A stretch of 64,000 nt of DNA from Bacteroidales bacterium (lineage in GTDB: Bacteria; Bacteroidota; Bacteroidia; Bacteroidales; DTU049): positions 24,656-88,655 of the forward strand of contig DAOPKE010000001.1 in NCBI GenBank assembly GCA_035390965.1, read 5' to 3'. How positions within the stretch are numbered: position 1 is the first letter of the stretch; each line of letters opens with the position of its first letter. Under the pieces are notes generated by a model. It was not told the DNA's origin and searched no databases. It saw only the letters and a program-made list of their open reading frames with translations. Positions 55,833-64,000 of the stretch are shown here, one piece after another. The position numbers were made by a program, and so were the translations under genes.

Positions 55833-56810
55833 TCAGAGAATTTTTCCAATAATTTCGCGTGAATTGAGCCCTTCGGCTTCGGCTTTGTAATTTTTTACAA
55901 TGCGGTGCTGCAGCACATTGGATGAAACGGCCTGGACGTCTTCGATATCGGGAGAATACTTACCATGAAGCAATGCATGACATTTGGCTCCGAGTATAAG
56001 ATATTGTGATGATCGCGGCCCTGCGCCCCATGCAATATATTGATCGGCAATGGGAGAAACGGATGCTGTTCCTGGTCTTGTTTTGGCTGTTAGATTAACT
56101 GCGTATTTTAAAACACTGTCGTTGACCGGAACCCGGCGTACCAGATTTTGAAACATGACTAATTCTTCCTGCGTAGTTACCACATTGGCTTCCGGCATTT
56201 TTTCAACCGTGGTTCGTTTTACCACTTCAATTTCCTCGTCCATGGATGGATAATCGAGCCAAATGCTGAACATAAACCGGTCGAGCTGTGCTTCGGGCAG
56301 GGGATAGGTCCCTTCCTGCTCAATGGGGTTTTGTGTGGCCAGCACAAAAAATGGGTCGGGCAATTGATGGGTTTGTCCGGCTACCGAAACTTCGCGCTCC
56401 TGCATGGCTTCGAGTAATGCTGATTGTGTTTTGGGCGGTGTGCGGTTGATTTCATCAGCCAATACAATATGAGCAAACACAGGCCCTTTGATGTATCTGA
56501 ACTGGCGGTCTTCGCCAAGTATTTCTGTTCCGATAATATCACTGGGCATCAGGTCGGGGGTAAATTGTATCCTTGAAAACGATAATCCCAATGTTTTGGC
56601 AATGGTTGTTATCATCAGTGTTTTTGCCAGTCCTGGCACTCCAATAAGCAGTGCATGACCCTTGCATAAAATGCTGATGAGTATTTTGTCAACAACCTCA
56701 TCCTGTCCTACAATAACTTTTGCAACTTCAGATTTAAGCTGATTGTATAACGTTCTTAGTCCTTCGGTGGCTTCAACGTCGTTTGTATAACTTTTCATGT
56801 TTATTCCCAT
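55833..56810 (-). CDS. MoxR-family AAA+ ATPase
   Basis: Walker A (LLIGVPGLAKT), Walker B (VLADEINR), LATQNPIEQEGTYPLPEAQLDRF. Alternative start at ATG 56798. Either start is coupled to the upstream PPIase gene. Confidence 0.9.
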   Translation of the reverse strand: MGINMKSYTNDVEATEGLRTLYNQLKSEVAKVIVGQDEVVDKILISILCKGHALLIGVPGLAKTLMITTIAKTLGLSFSRIQFTPDLMPSDIIGTEILGEDRQFRYIKGPVFAHIVLADEINRTPPKTQSALLEAMQEREVSVAGQTHQLPDPFFVLATQNPIEQEGTYPLPEAQLDRFMFSIWLDYPSMDEEIEVVKRTTVEKMPEANVVTTQEELVMFQNLVRRVPVNDSVLKYAVNLTAKTRPGTASVSPIADQYIAWGAGPRSSQYLILGAKCHALLHGKYSPDIEDVQAVSSNVLQHRIVKNYKAEAEGLNSREIIGKIL

Positions 56811-58141
56811 TTATATTTGAAAAGACAACTTTGGAAGTCATCGATAATTTTTATATAGGTTGAACTTTTTTTGGAAGCAATCCATTTTTCCAATGCCTGT
56901 CTTTTTTTGGCGTCAAGCGCAAATTGTGTTATCAGGTTGTAATCTTCGCTCAATGTGGCTTTATGCGGAATGCTACGGCTTTTGAGAAAGAGAATCCTGT
57001 AACCTTCTTTGCCGTCGTCGCTTTGAAATAAGACGGGTTTGCTTATGCTGCCGGCTTCGAGTTTGTCAACAGTAAAAAACACGGATGCATCAACTTCGGA
57101 AGGTTTGAATTTTGTGCTGCCGCTATATGGATTCAAAATCAATCCGCCATTGCTCCGGTATTCTTCGGGATTGTATTTGTCCGAAGCTTCGGCAAATGAG
57201 ATTGTGCCGGCTACAATCTGATTATACAGGGTATCCAGTTTCAGTTTTCCTGCATATAAATCGGTGGGTGATGCTTTAACCATGAGCAGAATATGACGCA
57301 CATTGATATAATCACCTTTACGATCGATGAGTTGAAGAACATGAAAACCGGCCGGAGTTTCAATGACTTCTGACACATCACCCGGGTTTTTGAGGGAAAA
57401 GGCAGCTCCTTCGAATTCCGGATACATTTGTCCACGGCTAAACATGCCTAATTCGCCTCCGTTTTTGGCACTGCCGGGATCTTCGCTGTATAAACGGGCA
57501 AGTGCTTCAAAACTCTCGCCTTTTAAAATGCGGGCTCGCAAATCAGATATTTTTTGTTGTATAAATTGTTTGTCGGCAGATGATGGATCCGGAATGACAA
57601 CAATCTGACCTATCTCCAGCTCTGACTCAACAAAGGGAATGCTGTCGGCACTAAGGCCATTGAAAAACTTTTTTACTTCTGATGGTGAAATGCTTACATT
57701 TTCAGTAATCTTTCCCTGCATTTGTTGTACCATCAACTGATCTTTAATCAGATCCTGAAATTCGTCCTTGATTTCAGGGATTGATTTATTGTAGTATTTT
57801 TCAAGCGCTTCAGGACTTCCAAGTTGCTGAATGAAATAGCGCAAACGTCGGTCAATTTCGGCCTGAACCTGATCGTCGGTAACAACCAGTGAGTCTATTT
57901 CGGCTTGAGTGAGCAACATTTTCTGCAGCAATAATTCTTCAAGTATAGAGCACCGAAGTTCATCGGTTTGTTTTTCACCCTGCATCACGAGCTGCCAGTA
58001 TTGAGTTTCGACATCGGAGAGCATGATAATTTTTTCGCCGACAATGGCGACAATTTTATCGATTGTTTCGCCGGAGGGTTGAGCCATGGCGGCTGTTGGC
58101 AGCATTAATGCAAAAAGCAGTGGTAGAATCAGTTGTTTCAT
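56801..58141 (-). CDS. Periplasmic peptidylprolyl isomerase, SurA-like (two parvulin domains)
   Basis: Signal peptide at ATG 58141, SurA_N-like helical region, parvulin blocks (GGELGMFSRGQMYPEFEGAAF...AGFHVLQLIDRK) and VRHILLMV. Confidence 0.85.
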   Translation of the reverse strand: MKQLILPLLFALMLPTAAMAQPSGETIDKIVAIVGEKIIMLSDVETQYWQLVMQGEKQTDELRCSILEELLLQKMLLTQAEIDSLVVTDDQVQAEIDRRLRYFIQQLGSPEALEKYYNKSIPEIKDEFQDLIKDQLMVQQMQGKITENVSISPSEVKKFFNGLSADSIPFVESELEIGQIVVIPDPSSADKQFIQQKISDLRARILKGESFEALARLYSEDPGSAKNGGELGMFSRGQMYPEFEGAAFSLKNPGDVSEVIETPAGFHVLQLIDRKGDYINVRHILLMVKASPTDLYAGKLKLDTLYNQIVAGTISFAEASDKYNPEEYRSNGGLILNPYSGSTKFKPSEVDASVFFTVDKLEAGSISKPVLFQSDDGKEGYRILFLKSRSIPHKATLSEDYNLITQFALDAKKRQALEKWIASKKSSTYIKIIDDFQSCLFKYKWE

Positions 58142-58145
58142 CAGT

Positions 58146-59000
58146 TCAGTCAATGTGTAGAGTTACTTTTTTTTCTTTCAACGCATTTTCGTACAATTTA
58201 TTACGATAGTCATCGAGCAGAATGTTTTTCTTGCGCGCAATCAGAACAGATTCAATGCGGTCGCGTACCAGTACCAGCGGAGCAGGACTTTCGGTAAGCA
58301 TGTATCCTTTGAAGCGCATCAGATAAACAACAGAATCGTTTGATAATTCGTAAAATGTGTTGGTTTTCAGGAATTCGGCCTGGTTTTCGGCTTTGATGGG
58401 AATTTCTTTCAGGATATCGTTGAAGTATAACCAGACATTATCTTCAAGAAAATAATTCAGTGCTTTTTCGCGTGCGATGCTCATCAGTTCTGCTTTTTCG
58501 ACAGCGTTGTCGGACTTGAGCAATGTTTTTATTTTCGCAATATCGGTTGCTTCTTTTTGCAATTTAAGATATTGAACTTTTACAATGTTTTCTTTCAGTA
58601 AAAATTCATCCTGATTTTCGCGATAGTATTTATTGATTTCTTCGTCAGAAACCATTATTTTCAAGGAGTCAGAAACCAGTTTTTCTTCGAGTGCCGAAAT
58701 AATCATCAGCTTTTTTGCCCGCTCCATCTGTTTTTCAATTTCATCCATTTCCTGCTCACAGAGCTTTGTATTGGCCTCGATGTACATCAGTTGCTCAACA
58801 ATCCAGCTTTGTACCATGTTTTTGAGAAAGCTGACACTGTCTTCGGCCGATATGTTTTCAGGAAAATAAATGTCGGAAATATACAATTGTTCATGATCTA
58901 CCTCAGCCAGCAAGGTGTCTGACGATTGTTTACGATTGCAGGCAAACATAAACAATAGCGATAAACCAACAACAGATAATATTTGGCAGCGGATTATCAT
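58146..59000 (-). CDS. Hypothetical lipoprotein (helical, SurA-N/PpiD-like chaperone context)
   Basis: Lipobox (LLFMFACNRK) and a charged helical sequence with no PPIase motif. It is wedged between two PPIase genes with a 1-nt overlap (TAATG) upstream and a 4-nt spacer downstream. Confidence 0.5.
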   Translation of the reverse strand: MIIRCQILSVVGLSLLFMFACNRKQSSDTLLAEVDHEQLYISDIYFPENISAEDSVSFLKNMVQSWIVEQLMYIEANTKLCEQEMDEIEKQMERAKKLMIISALEEKLVSDSLKIMVSDEEINKYYRENQDEFLLKENIVKVQYLKLQKEATDIAKIKTLLKSDNAVEKAELMSIAREKALNYFLEDNVWLYFNDILKEIPIKAENQAEFLKTNTFYELSNDSVVYLMRFKGYMLTESPAPLVLVRDRIESVLIARKKNILLDDYRNKLYENALKEKKVTLHID

Positions 59001-60982
59001 TATTTTTGGTAAATACTATCGAGAACTTTTTCATCAACTTTCCAGGTGTATTTGTTGCGGAGTTCGCTCACCCATTGCTGTTCGAGGTAATTCTGATATT
59101 CGGCGGTTACCAGTCCTTTGACTTCCTGTAGCGGTTTGGGTTGGGGTTCAAGCAGATTGAGAATGGATACCAGTTTTATTTCATTGTTTTGACGAATTAC
59201 CGAATTTTGATTAGTCACCCAAGGTGTCTGATCAACCAGTGGATTTACGCCTTTTTCAACTTTTACAATCTGATAAGTTATGGCAGGAATACTATCCTTA
59301 TTGAGTATAGAGCTTATTTTTTCAGGCGTATATCCTTTTTTGGGTGCTTTTTTCAGCAGTTTCTGCAATGCTTTCAGCTCAGTTTCGCCTTTGCAGGTGT
59401 AAATAGCTGCTTCTGCTCTGGGACCATACAGGTAATTCTGGTTGATTGTTTCATAGAATTTTTTGAGACCAGAAGTGTCTTTCACAGCTTTTGACCAAAC
59501 ATTTTTGTCCATCAGGTCAAAGAGCAGAATGCCATCGCGGTATTCTTTCATCAGCGCTTTGAATTCGGGGTATTTTTCTTCGAGTTTTGTGTTTTCATGC
59601 TCGATGATCATTTCTTCGGAATACTGATTGAATATAGTTTTGACAAAGGTATATATATCGTCACCTTCTTTGATTTGGGATTGTTTGTGCATGAGATAAT
59701 CAGCGAAATCGCCCAGTAAGTAAGGATTTCCTGCAATAGTGCACACGGGCTTTGACAGGGATGGAGCTGCCGGTACATGCCAGCTTGCCATGTAAATGCT
59801 GTCGTTGATCAGTGGGACCAATTCTTTCAGCACATTTTCGTCGGCTTTGAATTTGTATTCGGTTTTTAGTTTATCAACGAGTTTATCGCGGGCAATAAAA
59901 GCTCGTTTGTCGCGGCTGATCTGTGTTTTCAGTGTGCTTTTGGATTCATCATAAGTGCCTATGGGTTTTTTATCCACCAGTTTGATGATATGCCAGCCAT
60001 AAATGGTTTGAACAGGTTTTGATATTTCACCGGGTTTCATGTCGTAGAGTGGCAGGACAAAAGGTGGTACCATGCGGAAACTTCCAAACCATGGCAGAAT
60101 ACCGCCTTTGGCAACGGTTCCTTTGTCATCGGAATAATTCTTAACAACTGTTTCAAAATCCACCCCGTCGAGAATTTGTTTATATGCTTCATCAATGCGG
60201 GCTTTGATTGAATCTTCCTTGCCGGGAACATCTTTGATGAGGATATGTCCGGCCTGTACTTTACCCAATGCTGGTTTGCGGTCGTTTACAAGTATCAGGT
60301 GATAGCCGACAGGAGTGCGTACAGGATTGCTTATTTCTCCGGTTTTCAGATTATAGGCAGCAGTTTCAAATTCATAGTAAAGGTTTAAAACGCTGAAATA
60401 GCCCAAATCACCGCCATTGCCTTTCATCATAGATTGACCATCGCGGCCGGGACGGTCTTTGGCGCTTTCATCTTCGGAGTATTTGCGTGCAATTTCATCA
60501 AATTTACCTCCGGCAACAAGCTTTTTCCGGATATCCATTATTCTGTTGTACGCTTTGAGGGTATCGGCTGGTGAAGCATTGGGCGACACCTTAATCAGGA
60601 TATGGGATGCTCTGATATCCCATTTCATACGGTCGTATGCTTCAAGCAGCAACTGATCGGTTACTTCGCGGTTTGAAAGGTATGGCTGGGCCAGTTGACG
60701 GCGGTATCCGGCCAGTTCATTGATAAATGATTTCGAAGTATCAAGTTTTAAGGATTCAGCTTCCTTTACTTTGAGTTTGTAGTTAATGAAAAGTTCCAGA
60801 TACTCTTTAACGTTTTCTGCGTTCAGTGGTTCTTCCTTGACATTGTTTTTGTTGTAAACAGCTAAAAATTCCGATTTTGTCACCTTTTCATTTTCAATGG
60901 TCAGGAGCACAGGGTCGTTTTGTGCAACAATGCCTGAAAAGGCAAGAAAAAAAAGAAATGCTGAGAATAATACTGATTTCAT
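59000..60982 (-). CDS. Periplasmic peptidylprolyl isomerase, PpiD/SurA-like (two parvulin domains)
   Basis: Signal peptide at ATG 60982 and two parvulin domains (ASHILIKV...GGDLGYF...VGYHLILVNDRK; AGHILIKD...GWHIIKLVDKK). Confidence 0.8.
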   Translation of the reverse strand: MKSVLFSAFLFFLAFSGIVAQNDPVLLTIENEKVTKSEFLAVYNKNNVKEEPLNAENVKEYLELFINYKLKVKEAESLKLDTSKSFINELAGYRRQLAQPYLSNREVTDQLLLEAYDRMKWDIRASHILIKVSPNASPADTLKAYNRIMDIRKKLVAGGKFDEIARKYSEDESAKDRPGRDGQSMMKGNGGDLGYFSVLNLYYEFETAAYNLKTGEISNPVRTPVGYHLILVNDRKPALGKVQAGHILIKDVPGKEDSIKARIDEAYKQILDGVDFETVVKNYSDDKGTVAKGGILPWFGSFRMVPPFVLPLYDMKPGEISKPVQTIYGWHIIKLVDKKPIGTYDESKSTLKTQISRDKRAFIARDKLVDKLKTEYKFKADENVLKELVPLINDSIYMASWHVPAAPSLSKPVCTIAGNPYLLGDFADYLMHKQSQIKEGDDIYTFVKTIFNQYSEEMIIEHENTKLEEKYPEFKALMKEYRDGILLFDLMDKNVWSKAVKDTSGLKKFYETINQNYLYGPRAEAAIYTCKGETELKALQKLLKKAPKKGYTPEKISSILNKDSIPAITYQIVKVEKGVNPLVDQTPWVTNQNSVIRQNNEIKLVSILNLLEPQPKPLQEVKGLVTAEYQNYLEQQWVSELRNKYTWKVDEKVLDSIYQK

Positions 60983-61010
60983 AAGCGTGAAAGATTTTGG
61001 TTCAGAAAAT

Positions 61011-62480
61011 TTAACGACTATAGTTGGGTGCCTCCTGGCTGATGGTAACATCATGGGGATGGCTTTCGATGATTCCTGCATTTGTAATTCTGACAAACTG
61101 TGCGTTTTGCAGCGCGGCAATATCAGGAGATCCGCAGTAACCCATTCCGGCGCGGAGTCCACCAATAAGCTGGTGCATCACTTCGCTCAGTGTGCCTTTG
61201 TATGGCAAACGCCCTACAATTCCTTCTGGGACAAGTTTTTTGATATCATCTTCGGTGTCCTGAAAATAGCGGTCTTTTGATCCATGCTGCATGGCTTCGA
61301 TGCTGCCCATGCCGCGGTAGGTCTTGAATTTGCGGCCTTCGAAGATGATGGTTTCTCCCGGGCTTTCTTCAACGCCGGCAAAAAGCGAACCGGCCATAAC
61401 TGAGTGTGCTCCCGCAGCAATGGCTTTGGTAATATCGCCGGTGTATCGAATGCCGCCGTCGGCGATGACCGGAATTCCGGTTTTTTTCAAAGCTTTGGCA
61501 ACCTCGTGCACTGCGGTGAGTTGAGGCACTCCGACGCCGGCAATAATGCGTGTGGTGCAGATTGAACCGGGTCCGATACCGACTTTGACTGCATCGATAT
61601 CGAGTTTTGCCAATGCCAGTGCAGCTTCGGCTGTTGCTATATTGCCAACAACAATGTCGATTCCGGTGAATTTTTTTCGGATGGTCTTTACCATATTCAG
61701 CACTCCGCGCGAATGTCCGTGTGCAGTATCAATAACAATGGCATCGACCCCGGCTGCCACAAGGGCGTCGATCCGCTCGGGAGTGTTGGCGGCAATGCCG
61801 GCTGCTGCAGCTACGCGCAATCGTCCCAGTTTGTCTTTGCATGCATTGGGACGGGCTTTGATTTTTATGATATCTTTATATGTGATAAGACCTATTAACC
61901 GGTAATTTTTGTCAACAACCGGAAGTTTTTCAATTTTATGTTTTTGTAGAATTTCTTCAGCTTTTTCAAAATTGGTGAATTCGCGGACAGTAACCAGGTT
62001 TTCGTAGGTCATTACCGATTTGATCAGCTTTGACAGTTTTTTTTCGAAACGCAGGTCACGGTTGGTAACAATTCCTACAAGTTTTTGATCGGATCCGATA
62101 ACCGGAATACCGCCGATTTTATGTTCTTTCATCAACGCCAGTGCATCGGCAACTGTTTTGTTTTCGGTGATGGTGATGGGATTGATGATCATTCCGTTTT
62201 CTGCCCGCTTCACTTTGGTTACTTCAATGGCCTGTTGTTCAATGGTCATGTTTTTATGAATGACTCCGATTCCGCCTTCCTGAGCCATGGCAATGGCCAT
62301 AGCCGATTCGGTAACGGTATCCATAGCCGCTGAAACAAAGGGGACATTTATTTGAATGTTGCGCGTAAACCTGGATACAAGCGATGTTTCGCGTGGCAAA
62401 ACTTCACTATATGCAGGAACCAGAAGAACATCGTCGTATGTAAGGCCTTCCGGAAGGAATTTTTGGTCTTTTGGACTCAT
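61011..62480 (-). CDS. guaB: IMP dehydrogenase
   Basis: [21 protein letters not shown] pair, catalytic loop ([12 protein letters not shown]), [14 protein letters not shown] moved the start to ATG 62480 (489 aa). Confidence 0.95.
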   Translation of the reverse strand: MSPKDQKFLPEGLTYDDVLLVPAYSEVLPRETSLVSRFTRNIQINVPFVSAAMDTVTESAMAIAMAQEGGIGVIHKNMTIEQQAIEVTKVKRAENGMIINPITITENKTVADALALMKEHKIGGIPVIGSDQKLVGIVTNRDLRFEKKLSKLIKSVMTYENLVTVREFTNFEKAEEILQKHKIEKLPVVDKNYRLIGLITYKDIIKIKARPNACKDKLGRLRVAAAAGIAANTPERIDALVAAGVDAIVIDTAHGHSRGVLNMVKTIRKKFTGIDIVVGNIATAEAALALAKLDIDAVKVGIGPGSICTTRIIAGVGVPQLTAVHEVAKALKKTGIPVIADGGIRYTGDITKAIAAGAHSVMAGSLFAGVEESPGETIIFEGRKFKTYRGMGSIEAMQHGSKDRYFQDTEDDIKKLVPEGIVGRLPYKGTLSEVMHQLIGGLRAGMGYCGSPDIAALQNAQFVRITNAGIIESHPHDVTISQEAPNYSR

Positions 62481-62495
62481 AGGTATTTCTTTGTG

Positions 62496-62503
62496 CAAAA
62501 TTA
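62496..62503 (-). promoter_or_regulatory. Bacteroidota -7 box (TAATTTTG) for guaB and downstream chaperone genes
   Basis: Matches TAnnTTTG; 15-nt spacer to ATG 62480, which supports the shortened guaB start. Confidence 0.35.
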
Positions 62504-62585
62504 AAAATTTATCGCTTTCCAAAGCGTGCGTTTTCCATAGTTTTTGGAAATGTAGCAATATCTATGTCTGCAGACCGGACTCCGG

Positions 62586-64000
62586 TTATTTGCCACGCCC
62601 CTGGAAAACAATCAGTACTGTGTATATCAGTATTTTGAAATCCATGGCCAGTGAAATATTTTCAATGTAAAGAATATCATATTTCAGACGTTCTATCATT
62701 TGGTCAACATTTTCGGCATAACCGTATTTCACTTGTCCCCAACTGGTGATACCTGGTTTTATTTTATGCAACAGCTTGTAATAGGGGGCCTGCTGTACAA
62801 TTTTGTCAATAAAGAACTTTCGTTCAGGGCGTGGTCCTACAAGCGACATATTGCCAATCAGAACGTTGTAGAACTGTGGAAGCTCGTCGAGCCGGTATTT
62901 TCGCATAAACCGCCCGAAGGGTGTAATCCGGCTGTCAGCTTTGTTTGACAGGGCCGGTCCATCTTCTTCGGCATTCAGATACATTGAACGGAATTTATGC
63001 ATGACAAAGGGTTTCCCATGAAGTCCGATGCGCTCCTGACTGTAGATGACCGGTCCTTTGGATCCGAATTTCACTATCGCAGCAGTAATGAGGTACAAGG
63101 GCGATAAAACAGTCATGACCAGCACCGATACAACAATGTCAAATCCACGTTTGATAACCCGCTGCCAGTGCGGCATAAGCTCGCGTGAAACGTAGATTAG
63201 CGGAACATGGAAAATGGAATTCATTTTTACGTTGCCCGCAAGAATGTCTTTGTAATCGGGAATGATTTTAATATCGACAGAAGTACTGTCAAGTATGCTC
63301 AGTATGTCTGTGATTACTTTATGTTCCGATGGTTCAACGGCAACAATGACTTCCTCGATTTGCTCCTCTTCGATGATTTGTTCAAGTTCGCTTACAGAGC
63401 CAAGACGAGGCAGATATTTTGAAAGTTTGTCGTTGGAGTTTTCGAGAACAGGAATATAGCCGGTGAAAATATTTCCGGCACTTTGTGCCTGATTGGTTAT
63501 GTCTTCGTAAATGCGAACGGCATTGCCGTTATTGCCAACAATGAGTGTGCGGAAACCCCAGATTCCATTGTGGATTTTGCGTGCAGTGGCACTTGTTATT
63601 ATAAACCGGCCAATATAAGTCGCTATAAAATGTGTCCCCAACAAAAACAGATAGCTTTCGTAATAGTTCACAAACGAATTCACGCGGTCGTCGAGAAGAA
63701 AAACAAAAAAAATCACAGTAACACCCATAAGGGTTTGCATGGCCGTTTGACCCAGTTCACGCAGACGTGAACGACGGAAAATATTGCGGTAAAAACCAGT
63801 GATAAAATAAAAAAGCAGCCACGAAAGCGGAATAATGAAAATCCCGAGAAAGAAATTCGGATCAGCCGAAACTACATCCCATAATTCTTCAAATTGCATT
63901 CCTCCTTGATATTTCCTGAACGAAAACAGCGCAGCCCAGGCCGCTGCAGCTCCCAAAAGGTCGCAGACAACATAACGGGCGGTTTGTTTGGTCCGGTTCA
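62586..64000 (-). CDS. Polyprenyl-phosphate sugar phosphotransferase (WbaP/WcaJ-type bacterial sugar transferase); 5' end outside window
   Basis: N-terminal TM helices, central Rossmann-like region, and a C-terminal sugar-transferase domain (KRGFDIVVS..., PVIYSQERIG, HKFRSM, DELPQ, GNMSLVGPRP). The reading frame stays open to nt 64000. Confidence 0.85.
   Translation of the reverse strand, partial: NRTKQTARYVVCDLLGAAAAWAALFSFRKYQGGMQFEELWDVVSADPNFFLGIFIIPLSWLLFYFITGFYRNIFRRSRLRELGQTAMQTLMGVTVIFFVFLLDDRVNSFVNYYESYLFLLGTHFIATYIGRFIITSATARKIHNGIWGFRTLIVGNNGNAVRIYEDITNQAQSAGNIFTGYIPVLENSNDKLSKYLPRLGSVSELEQIIEEEQIEEVIVAVEPSEHKVITDILSILDSTSVDIKIIPDYKDILAGNVKMNSIFHVPLIYVSRELMPHWQRVIKRGFDIVVSVLVMTVLSPLYLITAAIVKFGSKGPVIYSQERIGLHGKPFVMHKFRSMYLNAEEDGPALSNKADSRITPFGRFMRKYRLDELPQFYNVLIGNMSLVGPRPERKFFIDKIVQQAPYYKLLHKIKPGITSWGQVKYGYAENVDQMIERLKYDILYIENISLAMDFKILIYTVLIVFQGRGK

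Noticed and set aside
1-64000. Scan for tRNA, rRNA, CRISPR arrays, transposases, integrases, phage or defence-island genes
   Set aside because: No cloverleaf-like or rRNA-like sequence turned up in the intergenic regions, and no regularly spaced direct repeats. No protein carried recombinase, transposase or known defence motifs. The window looks like core chromosome.

Overview
This window is a chromosomal segment from a Bacteroidota bacterium. The assignment rests on the type IX secretion (T9SS)/gliding core operon porP-gldK-gldL-gldM-gldN, two proteins ending in T9SS C-terminal sorting domains, and TAnnTTTG -7 promoter boxes in front of most transcription units. I call 46 protein-coding genes at high coding density. 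I recognised no rRNA, tRNA, CRISPR array, transposase, integrase or phage genes. Gene content falls into five groups:
- Housekeeping: ispD, queA, tsaB, miaB, topA, recG, guaB, a comM/yifB-like gene, pssA and phoH-PIN.
- A fucose-type glycan cluster: gmd, fcl, several GT2 genes, YfhO, an XAT acetyltransferase and a CstII/DUF115-like protein.
- A TolC plus adaptor pair.
- A guaB/PPIase-chaperone/MoxR gene string.
- The T9SS core operon.

The most unusual locus is a tight three-gene operon at 31.2-37.7 kb. It encodes an ordinary GAPDH, then a 1367-aa protein, then a divergent 416-aa GAPDH paralogue. The C-terminal ~490 aa of the 1367-aa protein are a pyruvate-phosphate-dikinase (PPDK) ATP-grasp plus swivelling phospho-His module. 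This protein lacks the PEP/pyruvate TIM-barrel domain and carries an unassignable 874-aa N-terminal region instead.

Other points worth a second look:
- A PGRS-like glycine-rich T9SS cargo protein.
- A lipoprotein plus 1185-aa WG-repeat protein pair.
- An arginase-fold protein with degenerate metal ligands next to the T9SS operon.
- Hairpin-dense intergenic regions carrying a duplicated GACTCCGGAGGAGTC palindrome.
- A 13-bp perfect inverted repeat in a divergent promoter region.

All homology calls come from motif recognition by eye. No database search or computation was run.
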